Positions 12,046 through 23,980 of a stretch of 64,000 nucleotides of DNA are shown piece after piece. The notes under the pieces were generated by a model that saw only the letters and a program-made list of their open reading frames with translations, ran no database searches and was not told the DNA's origin. Origin of the DNA: Zancudomyces culisetae HAW-14-8 (lineage: Eukaryota; Fungi; Kickxellomycota); NCBI GenBank assembly GCA_052426225.1, contig JBNJNM010000021.1, positions 2,108,001 to 2,172,000 of the forward strand, read 5' to 3'. Both the position numbers and the translations under genes were made by a program. The stretch's first letter is position 1. Each line of letters starts with the position of its first letter.

Positions 12046-12323
12046 CATATTTCGGCTTAAATGTAAAACCAGGCGCTCAAGCTTATGTACTCGAGTATAA
12101 ATCAGTTTATTGATTATTTAAATACCTAACCTAAAACAAACATCAGATACAAAATAAATCAATTATGTGACATTCAGATAATGCTAAAACATGTAAAATG
12201 CCAATGTGATGGTAATAGTCATAGTAATAGTCATAGTAATGGTCATAGTGTGTTGATGATACAGCGTTTCAAAAATCACACCCTCTCCATTCCCTTCTTC
12301 TTTTTGACTCATTCATTCTTTTA

Positions 12324-12686
12324 CTAAAGCCAGTAGTACAAGATTCTCGCTGAGCTGTAGTACTTGTATGTTGACCCCAATCTCTTTTGTAAGTGTGCCT
12401 GTTCTTCACTAAACATCTGGTCCAAGTACTGGACAACCTCTGCTGCCTTTTCTGATTTGCCTGTATCTGGTGACTGCATTTCCTCCTTCAACTTTGTCAT
12501 GATTGCACGATCACTGGCTGCTTCTCCGTTCCCAACCATAATTACTGGCACCATGTTTGAGTTTCCAGTAACTGGTGTGTCTCTTGGCAATCCGCTGTTG
12601 TCTTGGACATTGATTGGTGCCGCTGGCATAGAAAGCACCCCTGTAACCAATCCGGCGGTCATAAATGTAGCTGCTGAGATTCTCAT
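12324..12686 (-). CDS. Secreted prepro-peptide precursor, copy 1 (120 aa; Kex2-type KR site releasing an 18-aa Tyr/Trp-rich peptide)
   Basis: ATG in AAAAATG context. Signal peptide MRISAATFMTAGLVTGVLS, acidic pro-region, then LQKR|LGSTYKYYSSARILYYWL-stop. TATAAATA about 125 nt upstream. Confidence 0.85.
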   Translation of the reverse strand: MRISAATFMTAGLVTGVLSMPAAPINVQDNSGLPRDTPVTGNSNMVPVIMVGNGEAASDRAIMTKLKEEMQSPDTGKSEKAAEVVQYLDQMFSEEQAHLQKRLGSTYKYYSSARILYYWL

Positions 12687-12811
12687 TTTTGTGGTTTTTA
12701 CTTGAGTGTAGATGGTGTTTTGTATTGTATTGTTTTGTTTTGTTTGTATCAAACGGTTTTGTATCAATTGATATTGTGTGTAGATAATAAAATAAAGGAT
12801 GTAGTGAAGGG

Positions 12812-12819
12812 TATTTATA
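12812..12819 (-). promoter_or_regulatory. TATA box of peptide-precursor gene, copy 1
   Basis: TATAAATA on the minus strand, followed by an A/C-rich 5' UTR-like tract before the ATG. Confidence 0.65.
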
Positions 12820-12829
12820 TCTGTTTTGG

Positions 12830-12966
12830 ATGTATGTATATATTTGTATATGTGTATGACTATGTGTATATTTGTGTATATTTGTGTATGTGTATATTTG
12901 TGTATGTGTATATTTGTGTATGCGTATATTTGTGTATGCGTATATTTGTGTATGCGTATATTTGTA
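12830..12966. repeat. About 18-nt minisatellite (tatatttgtgtatgYg-type) immediately upstream of the TATA box
   Basis: Repeating gtgtatatttgtgtatg(t/c) units; mirrored at 27423-27559. Confidence 0.85.
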
Positions 12967-13193
12967 ATGCTATTTAATCTACATTTACTTTGCTTCTTAA
13001 AACTCAGTTCATATCTTAAACCATGTACTTTTTAAAAGATCATTGTACCTGTTCCTTGAAATTATCCACTAATGTTTTATAAAGGCATCTTTTAGACAAA
13101 CTGTTTGTGAGTAATGAAATATAACACATTGTATTCTCGATCCTTGTAACATTTTAACTTCCAAAGGTCTTTATAAGCATTGTTTCATTTTGC

Positions 13194-13270
13194 ACTTTCC
13201 ACTTTCCACTTTCCACTTTCCACTTTCCACTTTCCACTTTCCACTTTCCACTTTCCACTTTCCATTTTCC
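13194..13270. repeat. (ACTTTCC)10 heptamer array plus one degenerate unit
   Basis: Perfect 7-mer array at 13194-13263; mirrored as (GGAAAGT)n at 27119-27195. Confidence 0.95.
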
Positions 13271-14832
13271 TCAGTGTAATTTATCTACTACTATGTCCAT
13301 TTATATTCTTACCAAATCTTAGCTTTACCAATGACGTTTACTGGTTGAACTGCAGCAATCAAATGTGGTGGTTTTAAAGCCAGATAAAGTTTTGGTATTT
13401 AAAAAGGATCTTTGAAATTCTAAACCATCTTCAATTTCCATCACTTTTATAATGGGTCTTTTAATTTTGTGCAAAATACTAAGAGCTTTCTGTTTACATG
13501 TTTGGATAATTAAGGTTGGTAAATGGATGTGTATTTGGACTAAATAGCCATAACGAATACATTTATGGATTACAAAACACTTAGTATACAATTTTTGATC
13601 TGTTTCTTCCTTCAAAACACGTACTCGAGTGTTTCACCAAAGAATATCAAAAGTAGATCAGTGAATAATGGTTGGTAATTAATAACTAATGGTCAATGAG
13701 CTAGGATATGCACTAACAACCCAACAATATCTAACTCTTCTGTTTTTTTCAGTAACAAACTGATCCAAAAAATATACTTTTTCAAACAACCACCGTATCT
13801 ACAACCAGCATTTCAAAATGTATTCTGTGACTTTTTCTGCATTTTTACATGGTTCAAATCAACCAAGTACCAGAATACACACCACATTGAACGTTGTTTA
13901 GTAAACAACGATATTGGCTGAGGTAGTAGTTGATATACCTCATTTTTAATTTCTATCGTCACTAAAAAGTAGCAAACAACAGAAAATGAACAAAAAAAGT
14001 ACAAATGGACAAAACAAGATCCAATGCGCTACAACTACATACACTACTATTGAGAAATAGTCAAACATGAAATGGTATAGCATTAATGCCCAGACTGTAC
14101 TTTTATCGAGTGTTCTATTTACATGTTTGTATTTGAACATTATGCCATTTATTGGCTATCAAAACTGACAATATACTAGCAGTTAGTCATTATTAATGCT
14201 ATTATTATCACTCACAAACTCACAAACTCACAAACTCATAAAAATAGATACCACACAAATCTCCGAAACGCAGAGTGTGTCTGTAGTAATAGCGAAAAAT
14301 ACTGAATTGTAAGAGTAAAAAACTCAGGATTTATTACGACTGTGTAACATTTTGTACGCTTGTGATATAAAAAAGTCAAACAAAGCAAGGTATGGTATAA
14401 GAGTGGAAATGAGATGGGAATAGATAAAGGCAAATAGTATCATATCACCCAACACCAAGTTTACAGAGTAGAAGCGAGTGAGGTGGAATTCAATGATATT
14501 TCTATTAATGTGTCTGTCTAGAATGTCGTACAGTGGTGAATAAATTCACATATCGGATATCGAATATTTGTAGAGCTACTAATTGACCAATACGTATATC
14601 ACTCCTTTTCTTGGCTACATCTATACCCATGATATCCTTCTGATTAAGTAGCCTCTTGATCCCTTCTTTCATCGTTTTTAGCTTATTTCTCAACCAATAG
14701 TTTTAAACTCGATTTGTGATTTGAAAAATTTTGTCCTTTGATTTTGGTGCCCACTTTTTAATCTCGAATATCAAACCAAAACTCTCTTTTACACTCAGAT
14801 TCAGACCAAAATCAATAAAATACCAACATAAA

Positions 14833-15539
14833 ATGAGGAGAATTATAGAAGACATCAAGCTATACCGACAAATTAAAAGGAGTCTTAGAAAACAGGTATA
14901 TTTTACTTTTTGTTGTATGAATGGGTTTATGATCGAGATTTTCGTGGTTTGAAATCGTCAGTTTGTGCTAGATATATTTTATCGTCAGTTTGGTATCCAA
15001 GCCAGCCTCTTACTGTATTTTTCCCCAAACCTAATAGTACCTTGGCGTTTTAGTTCATGCTATTTTATCTGTAATAGCTATATTTTTGCAAAACTAATCA
15101 CAAATCTCCCTCCCCTTTTTTTATAGGTTACTAAGGTGAATCAAAACAAATTTTGGGAAAACGAGCTTCGAGCGATCACCATCGAGAACAAACTTAACGG
15201 TGTCTCGGCATCTAAACTTAAACAGAATAACTATTCAGATTTCAGATTCAATGACCTGGATTTGAAGCTCAAAGATGCTCTCGATGTGAACACATTCCTG
15301 TACAACAGCAGAAAATACAATGTAAGCTTTCATTCGCAGTTTACTGTTGATTCATATCATATCAATCTCTCAGATTTGGGTTTTGTAGTTTAATTTTTTT
15401 TGAATGGCAATAATAGGACTTGATAAAACTCTACAACCCAGGAATGACACAAAAGGAGCTTGTTGAAAAAACTGCGAGAAGAGTGGGCCTTTCGGTTCCC
15501 CAACAATCAGACTCCTTCGATACCGCCAAATCCGAGTAA
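14833..15539 (+). CDS. FMC1: Mitochondrial ATP synthase assembly factor Fmc1 (LYR family); 3 exons 14833-14895, 15127-15321, 15417-15539 (126 aa)
   Basis: The spliced product has N-terminal LYR (KLYRQIKRSL) and C-terminal YNDLIKLYNPGMTQKELVEKTARRVGLSVP. Both introns are GT-AG and keep frame. Confidence 0.85.
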
Positions 15540-15794
15540 TAAGATAGTATAAAAAGAAGCTGGGGGAGAGGTATTGTTGTAGAAGTGCATGGAGAAGTGT
15601 ATTGATTGTTACTCTACTTCAACTGCGTTATCAATATCGAGTTTACTTGGCCTTGGTGCTTTCATTTAGGCTAGTATGCATTGTTATTCCAATAGATAAA
15701 ATCGTTAATATCGCTTTTTATCTTTTGCTCAAATAATCCGGTTTATTTTTGACAATGTTTATTAAAATACATGTAAAACCTTCTAATCAATAAT

Positions 15795-18700
15795 CTAATA
15801 TGGCTGGATTGGAAAAAGGAAGTTGAACAAAACTAGTGTAGCCAAGGGGATAATCAGGTTGTCATTTTGTAGTGTTAATGCTTCCAGCAGACCTAGTTTT
15901 TGTTAACAAAGTATTGTGGTAATGTTACTATTTATAAAGTGAGAGAAATGGGCGATTCAACAAAGACAATAGAAAAGTATATAAAAGTATAGTAGTTTTA
16001 GCAATTAAATCTGTCTCACTTACCAACAATCAATGATATAAAGGTTATACACAAAACCTACAGGTATTTATCCAAGGGTTTATATTTACCTTCCAGTTTG
16101 GATTGTGATACACTGGAATTTATAGTAAAATAGAAAAACGTTTGAATATAAACATAGTATAATAGCTGAGTGCTGGCAACTTACATTTAAAGTGAATGTA
16201 AAAACCGAATACCTGCCATATGTGACAAGGTATACAATGATAAACATGAAATGCATTGAAAAAACAAATCCCAGTGAACCTTCAACGGTCTTTTTGGTTC
16301 TAAACCATTTACTTTTTCCATACAACTGACCAACGATCGAAGCCTATGTAAATATTGTACATATTATATATTATTGCAGAGATTTGGCTTAGTCAAAAAA
16401 CATGTGTTGGGAAGCGAAATAGTCACTAGCATATACAAGGTGGAAGTAGAAAAACTTACCACAGAATCAGACACACCGAGTGTGATTATACCTGCGTACA
16501 TAGTTATGGAACCAAATCTACGTATTTGCATAGAAAAAAAACCATTTTAGCTCAATTCGCTCGCAAAGCATAATTCAAATACTTTTTTAAAGAGGTTCTT
16601 ACGAGTTGAGCCAGATTGGGAGAGCGCACCCCAAGAGGAGATAAAAGTGTGATGTAATGTTAAAACCCGAATCCTTTTCATCAACAAAGTCGGCCAAAAA
16701 CCCATCAATAATACTTGAAATAGGATGAATGTCGATTACACGAATAGATTCGACTATACACATGGCAAACAGCCCCACCGATAATCCAAGAGAGGTCCAA
16801 TTACTTGATAGGTTTATGGCAGGGACGAGCATAAATATGATCAAAAGGTGGTAATACTTTCGCCGAAGATGCAGTGCCAGTGACGAGTTGTTGGATAGTG
16901 ATGATTTGGGAAGTAAAAGGTACAGGCCAGCGGAAATAGATATCAATATGATCCAGTAGAAACAAAGGATGCAGTTTCTCACGTCCAAAAAAGTAAATTC
17001 GAGCACCCTGGTATTTCGATATTTGAAAGATTGGACAACAACGTTAGCCAAAAAAAAGGGGGGTATCACAGTAAAAGGTATGAGTAAGCTAGAAACAAAC
17101 AGTTTGTAGTTTAAAATACTTACCATAGTATAAGATCAACCTTTGCATGGAGGTAAAAACCGATATACAGCACCAATATTCCGACCAAATAGCAGAATAC
17201 ATAGCGGGTTAATCCTAAAAAGTTTTTTACTCGCAATTTGTGGGTTTCTGTGCTTATACCATCCAGAGTGTTGGTAATCGATTTAGGCTTCATAAAGAGC
17301 AAAAGAAGTGAGGTGACAACCATTGAAACAACTGAACAGATTAAAAATATCTGCACTCTTGCCACTTCACTATTTGCACTTGAATTCTATTTATTTATTT
17401 TTCAATATAAGGTATACATCAATCATGATTCAGTATGAGAGAGCCACAACACGTAGAAATAGTCAATAGAAATAATTGTTATATTGCTCGAATCGCGATA
17501 AATTAAGCTAAAAACAATCATTCTTGATTTTTAGTTTTAGAGCAACTAACCTTGTCGATGGAACCTGAGATATAAGTAACAATACAAAATACGATAGCTT
17601 GCGAGATCAATGTTGTTTCTGCAAAAGAAAAGCTTTTAGCCATCTTGGTTGGGAGCATCATTACAAAAAGTTGCATCAGCGTCACTGTGAAAAACATGGG
17701 AATCATCGCAAAATCTATTAGGCGATATATACAAGTACAAGCTTAGAACATCCTTCTTCAAAGCTTAACACTGATACTAAAAAAATAGCATTGTTGGTGA
17801 TTAAACACATATAATAGTTGGGCTATACACAACTGTGTGTATTAAGGACATTACCGAAATGTAAGATGAGCTTAAACAATAACAGTGGGATCAATGCAGA
17901 GCCGAATGTGATTATTTTTTGGAATCTCGTGAATACTGGGTGTAACTTTTTTTCCAAGGAGATCGACATTAGGGTCGAAAATCCGTGTATTTGCAGTGAT
18001 ACCAACCACCCTGTCATAGAAATAGTACCCAAACAAATGGATTAGTACAATTTACTGTTTAAATATGTCCAGGTGTGTATTATTTCCATTAAATATACAA
18101 AGGAAAAAAAGAAAAAAAATAAACATAATCTTTTGTTGTATTTACATGTATAGTTGTGCAGTCTGTCCAAATCCAGCTGGATAAGGCGATGTTCCAAACT
18201 CGTCATTGAAAGTAGAACCAAAGGCGAAAGGAGTACCGCATATATCAACCCATTGTTGACATTTGGCCTATTGTGGTAATTATTTGTTTTGTTTTTTTAG
18301 CGACCATTTTGTGCACCGATTAGCTAATAAGTACTTCATGATGTGCAAATAGAACAGCCATAAAACCCGCTCATAAGCAACATCAAATGCGCCTAAAGAA
18401 GCTGCAATATAAAAGTTTAAAAAAAAATACCTGAAGTTGTGGCATGGTATTCCCCAAAGCGACGCTTCTTGGGACTCTGGTCGAATATGATTATGCACAT
18501 GGTTACGTTTTCTACCGATGGGGTTTGTTCGCTCGATAATGTTTGAATCGCCGTTTAGTATTCCGTACACAATGTAAAAAGTCAACCCTGAAAGCATGCA
18601 AAATGCTATTGCGGGAAAAAGAATGGCATTTTTAGATAAGCATGTGTAGTTAAACAATGTTGCACTATAAACTCCAATATCCTGACCAAAGAAAAATACA

Positions 18701-19091
18701 ATAAAAAGACAGGGTTTATATTTCTCAGTGTACATAATATAAAGGAACAAAGTAATAACAGCTCGATTCAGTCACTTACAAAATACCAAAGCCATCGAAT
18801 CTAAATTGATACCGTTGGTCAAATCATGGGTAATATACGCTTCTATTTTGAGTAGTGGTACTTGTTCATAACAATATTCGCCTCCAGTAACCAAGAACAC
18901 AAATAAAATACAGATACGGGTGGCAAAATACCCTAAATGAGGATTGTAGAATTTTTCAAACTGCAACATTTGTTGCAAGAGTAACCGGATTTACCTTTAA
19001 CAGATAGGATAGACACCAGTACTACAACAATTCCGAAAATGAAATTTTCCAACTCGGTCCCCGACTTGAGATTCAATAGGTAGTTGAACAT
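15795..19091 (-). CDS. SEC59: Dolichol kinase, multi-exon (internal boundaries only partly resolved)
   Basis: Exon fragments LRRKYYHLL, SHFYLLLGCALPIWL, GIITLGVSDS, TKKTVEGS and terminal GLLEALTLQNDNLIIPL...QPY-stop. Probable ATG at 19091. Confidence 0.85.
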
Positions 19092-19921
19092 CTTGGAAAA
19101 TCGTAGGCGAACTTTTGATGCAAATCTTTCGTAGTTAGGTTGGTATATTAAGGTTTAATCAGGGAGAATGCCTATGAAGGATATTTGAAATGGTTTTCAA
19201 ACTTTCAAAAATAGAAACCTGTTTCAAATAATACTCGATGAAGAGTTATGTTGAAAGTGTGCCAAGTAGTGAGGTTTTACTAAATGACTGCAAAATTAAT
19301 TGAGTAAATAAAAATTATAACTAAACTAAAAAAGATAAAATCACGATAATTTAAATGGTTAATTTACGGATTTGGCGTGAGAATGGCAGGGAAAAAAATA
19401 GTATGATTTTTCGCCGAACTGGAATTGTTGGAAATATAAAGATGTGCTAGAACAATGTATTAGGGTTTGTAGAGAACAAGTGCCAATGTGTATATTTTAG
19501 AAACCAGCCAGCACATCCTACGCTTCTGCTCATTGAGATGTACCAAGGTTCTTCTGTATAACAGATGGCTCTTTATATGCCTGTTGAATCAGTTTGTTGC
19601 AGCAAAAAACCATATTGCTAAAAAAAAAATTTTTTTTGTCTTCTTTGATTTTGATTTGACGGGTATAGTAAACATGCTTTTGTAAGGGAAAAAAATCAAA
19701 AAAACACCAGAAAACGATAGCTTTTCTCTGGTATTTTGGAGAATAGGATGAGCTAGTAGACCTGAATCGTTATCATTTTATTGCAATTCGTTTTTGTTAA
19801 ATCCTGGGTTAGTTTTTTTTCTGTCTGATACAAACTTTTAGAATTTGAATCAGAATTCGCATTCAGTTAACCAAAAGTGTTAAAAAAAAACGAATACATA
19901 GAGGGAACTGTACACGCTAAA

Positions 19922-20999
19922 ATGATTCCGAATAGATTATTTTCGATGCAGTCTAGTAGAACCCTGCAAGGCCTCAGCAAAAATTCTAAACCGATCGGCA
20001 AAGCGTACAGCGTTCTTTCGGGCGCATTAGCCAACCAAGTTTCAAAAAAAACTCAACAACAACGATATAGCGTACTGGCGAATACAACGACAGGGGAACA
20101 ATACGAAGGGGTAAAAGATGGTGGAATAGCACAGCAAGTAGATTTAGGTAAATCATATTTGTTTTATATTTTTTTCCCCAAGCAAGAGGAGAGAAAAGAA
20201 AGGAAAAGAAAAGAAAAAAGATGTGCTAACAATATATGTGTAAATAGAATATGATCCCAAGTATGGATTCAAACAACACAACGACCACCCACTATTCACT
20301 CCACAGCCAGTATATACAATGGTGCAGGATATCAACAATCCATACACACCAGTCAAAATGATCGCGCTGGACAGCACAGTGTTCAATGCAACAATCCGCG
20401 GGGATATACTGCATCGATGTGTGACCTACGAGCGCAACAGTCTGCGACAGGGCACACATTCCACAAAGACAATCAGCGATATACGTGGAAGTGCCAAGAA
20501 ACAGGCATCACAAAAGGGGCGTGGTAAGGCAAGAATTGGTACACATCGTGCACCACAGTTCCGAACAGGAGCAGTGGCGCATGGGCCACAGCCACAGTCG
20601 CATGCAACTGAGCTTCAACGCAAGGTGTGGCAGCTCGGATTCCGTAGTCTGCTAAGTGCCAAGTTCCTGCAAAATGAACTGGTAGTATTTGAAGATTTGA
20701 AGCTGGCAAATTTCAAGACTAGAGACTTTGTCGAATTGATGCATGAGCATGGACTAGTGAGCCGTAGTGAGGATGTAATGAAGACAAATGGGCATATGAT
20801 GGTATTGACAGATGCTGAGAGACAATGTAGCAGCGAAAGCAACGAATTGAAGAATTTGCAGTTGGCATGTAGAAACATTCTGGGGATCAAAATGGAGGAG
20901 GCTACAGATGCGCTGTTGTTTGATATACTGAGACACAAGTATTTGGCAATGGACTTGGCTACACTCCGAATGATTGAAGAGAGATTAAAAGTTTTTTAA
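19922..20999 (+). CDS. YML6: Mitochondrial large ribosomal subunit protein uL4m; exons 19922-20147, 20248-20999
   Basis: RQGTHSTKTISDIRGSAKKQASQKGRGKARIG...RAPQFRTGAVAHGP L4 signature. Basic/Ser-rich mitochondrial presequence. Phase-1 GT-AG intron with GCTAAC branch site. Confidence 0.9.
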
Positions 21000-21116
21000 G
21001 TTGTGTTGGCTGGGATATTTATAGCATTAAATATACGCAATAGCATAGTAATAATATAATATAATATAATAAATTAAATTAAAAAAAAATAAGAAAAAAA
21101 AAAGAGGTGGAGAAAA

Positions 21117-22889
21117 CTAATCAGAGTTAGAAGCATTTTCAGCATCAGAGGGAACAACCAAACTGCGACTGGTTGGACTGATGATGGGAATGGCTTTACT
21201 GTCAGATTTATGGATACTGATTATGGGTACTTGCGGAGTATCAGGGGTAGTGGCATGGATAGGAACAGGAGGAGCATTGAAGATTGCAGAGATACGATTG
21301 TTGCGTTTTTCCTGCAAAATACGAATCTGCTGCTGTCGCTGTGACGGAGCATCGCCGCTGGCGTTTGGAGAGTCCTCGGATGCCATGTTGATATTTTTCT
21401 GAGTGGAAGAACTAGCATACAGGGCAGGAGAAGAGGGTTGGTGAGGCTGATGAGGCCCGCTGGCGGTTGTGTTGTAGATGTTTGAGTGGTTGCGTGGAGT
21501 AAAACCACCCTTTGTACCACTGACAGTGGAGCTGCGCGACCGCATAAACCCAGACGCCAGACTCTCGAGTGGAGCAGTGTCGTCGAAATCCAAGCCCGAT
21601 TGCTGACCCAGGAGAGCCAGGTTGGATGTTGACAGCAGCGAGTTGCGGTTGGAGTTACGTGGCGGTGCCATGTTGCCCATCATCGACATTGGCCGTCCAC
21701 GCGCTTGCCTTGGTGGGTTGATGTTAAGATGCGAAAACTGTGGCGAGAGCATGGTTGACATGGTTGGACGGACCTCTGCAGCCTCAAGCAGTGTTTCCAG
21801 ATTTTTGTACAGTCGAATGCTTCGCTGGGTACCCGAACCTTTGGTCTCGTGGTTGAGCTTAAAATGCTCAGCCAGCAACATTGTCAATTGGCGTTGGTAA
21901 TGGTTGAGTGCTGGTGGCAGTTCCATCTCCGACACACTGTTGTCGCTTCTGAAATGGTTGATGACGTTGTATAGCAGCTTGGGGTCCTTTTCACGGAAAT
22001 CTACAAACCGCAACAAATCATTCTCGTCAAATTCCAGATTTCCAGGTTGGTATTCTTCGTCTCCCCCAAATCCCATTGGTGGCCGACCCCGCCCCATTAC
22101 ACCTTCATCCATCATCGCATGCTGCTTTCGGATTCCCATGTCTCCAATTCCTCTGAGGTCTGCTGCTCCACGCTCACGGCTCTCCTTGTTGTGTTGTGCA
22201 TCGTCGTCATGCATGGGCAATGTTTTTTTGTATTCTACCTTGATTGCTCGGCCCAACAACTTGTATCCATCCATTGTAACTATCACTCTAGCTGTATCTT
22301 CGTTGCTTCGGAAATTTCCAAATGCAAGCCCTTTAAAGTTGCCATTCTCGTAATGATAGTCAAATGCATATGGCAGTGGCAGCCCCAGACTCGTCATTAT
22401 TGAAAGGAATTCTGCTCGGCTTACCGCAAAATTTATGTTTTTGACCACTATCGCATTGGGAATCACATCTGCTGGTCGGTTTGCCATCAGCTCAAGCGCC
22501 TCCCCAGACAAGTCCTCTGGTCTACGTCCTCCACCTACTCCCATACCCATACCCATCCCCATACTCATTCCCATCCCCATACCTCTTCCCATTCCACTCG
22601 CTCCATTGGTTCCTCCTACATTTCCCGCCTTTCCGTAATACCCTCGCATTGTCATAATAGTATTTCTCCTGTTTGTTCTACCCACTTTCTCTCTCTCTCT
22701 TTGTTCTTCCCTGTCTGAACCTACAGCACCCTTATCTGCTGTTAATGCTGCTAGTGCTTCTCTTCTATTCTTGGCCTTAGCCTCTTCTCTACTCTGTTCC
22801 TCACTCACCTCTACTCTATTTCCGATATCAACCTCATTCTTGGTTTCTCCTACCACTGCTTTTTCCTCTGAGCCAGTTGCTTTTAACAT
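21117..22889 (-). CDS. RRM + R3H RNA-binding protein (Pin4/Cip1/Cip2 family)
   Basis: PNAIVVKNINFAV...LPLPYAFDYHYENGNFKGLAFGNF...GRAIKVEYKK (Pin4-type RRM) and LNHYQRQLTMLLAEHFKLNHETKGSGTQR (R3H-like). Confidence 0.85.
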   Translation of the reverse strand: MLKATGSEEKAVVGETKNEVDIGNRVEVSEEQSREEAKAKNRREALAALTADKGAVGSDREEQREREKVGRTNRRNTIMTMRGYYGKAGNVGGTNGASGMGRGMGMGMSMGMGMGMGVGGGRRPEDLSGEALELMANRPADVIPNAIVVKNINFAVSRAEFLSIMTSLGLPLPYAFDYHYENGNFKGLAFGNFRSNEDTARVIVTMDGYKLLGRAIKVEYKKTLPMHDDDAQHNKESRERGAADLRGIGDMGIRKQHAMMDEGVMGRGRPPMGFGGDEEYQPGNLEFDENDLLRFVDFREKDPKLLYNVINHFRSDNSVSEMELPPALNHYQRQLTMLLAEHFKLNHETKGSGTQRSIRLYKNLETLLEAAEVRPTMSTMLSPQFSHLNINPPRQARGRPMSMMGNMAPPRNSNRNSLLSTSNLALLGQQSGLDFDDTAPLESLASGFMRSRSSTVSGTKGGFTPRNHSNIYNTTASGPHQPHQPSSPALYASSSTQKNINMASEDSPNASGDAPSQRQQQIRILQEKRNNRISAIFNAPPVPIHATTPDTPQVPIISIHKSDSKAIPIISPTSRSLVVPSDAENASNSD

Positions 22890-23877
22890 TTTTTTCTTCC
22901 TTTTTCTTTTTCTTTATCTATTCTTTATGAGTTTTCTACAAGTTTCTCTTATACGTACCGAGAATTCGTTGAATTAAGTAGTTCTATTTCTATATTTGCT
23001 TCTTTCTTTATTTCTGCCACTCTTTGCACACGCTTATTTTGCTTTCTCTTTTACGTGTCGTGTAGCGCTGCTAAAAATTATTATATTTTCCTTTTTACTC
23101 TATTTTCTTTAATATGATGTCTGTTCCTTTATGTGTGCATCCCCCAATGTCGTTATTCATATATTATTTACAATCTTTGTACTGAATGTAACTGCTCTTG
23201 TTCAAACTTATTATGCTTTTTTTTTTGCAGTAAACCATAAATTCTATTTGCAATTAATATCTGGACTCTACCAAATTAGCCGTTTTTTGACGTTATATAT
23301 ATCTAATTCATAAATCTGTTCCTCTTAAACCCTCTGTTTATTACTTTTTTTTTGCTTTTATTGTTGCATTTATTATATACTTTTATAGCTTCAGGCTTTT
23401 AGTATTTCGTTCAGTATACGCCTACAGTTATCGTAAATATTCTTCTATCTATTTATCTGGAAATAAGCTCCCTTTTACTTCAAAACTTTTGGTCCATACT
23501 TAAATAAGTATGCAGGGAAGATGAAGTTGAACAAAATAATTAAAAGCCGAGAATAATGTATAGCACAAGACTAAATGCCATAAATGGTTTACCAAGCTTT
23601 TTTATTTTTATATTTTTTATTTTTGCTGCTTTTATTAAATCTGCATTTTAATCAGCCTTTTGAACTATTTTTTTCTGCAAATATTCTCCTTTTGGTTGGG
23701 AATTTGCATTCCATTACAAAAAAAAATGGATTGAAATCAACTTTGATTTGTAAATCTCGCAATTACTACTAATAATACTTTAAAACCATTCATCGGTTCA
23801 TTTTCCTTGGTTGCAAGTAAAACAAAGGAAATCGTTTTTACATTCATTCATTCACACATTCAACCAACATATATACT

Positions 23878-23980
23878 CCCTCTACCCTAACCCCTACCCA
23901 CTCCTCTACCCACTCCTCTACCCTAACCCCTACCCACTCCTCTACCCACTCCTCTACCCTAACCCCTACACACTCCCCTA
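23878..23980. repeat. C-rich ~36-nt tandem repeat (ctctaccctaacccctacccactcctctacccactc) x~2.5
   Basis: Directly visible; the minus strand carries repeated GGG runs. Confidence 0.85.

Larger units (their letters stand above)
11963..14609. repeat. Left arm of 2,647-bp inverted repeat (diverged homology extends out to ~11907)
   Basis: All ORF-track entries in this arm have identical mirror ORFs in 25780-28426 with a constant coordinate sum of 40389, implying no indels. Ends checked by eye. Confidence 0.97.

Noticed and set aside
12830-12966. Possible CRISPR-like array
   Set aside because: Head-to-tail tandem units with no unique spacers; eukaryotic context
12702-14693. Small ORFs within the IR arms (e.g. 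CVYLCMCIFVY, FHFPLST repeats) and their mirrors
   Set aside because: Translations of mini/microsatellites or AT-rich promoter DNA. Their duplication reflects the IR, not coding constraint.
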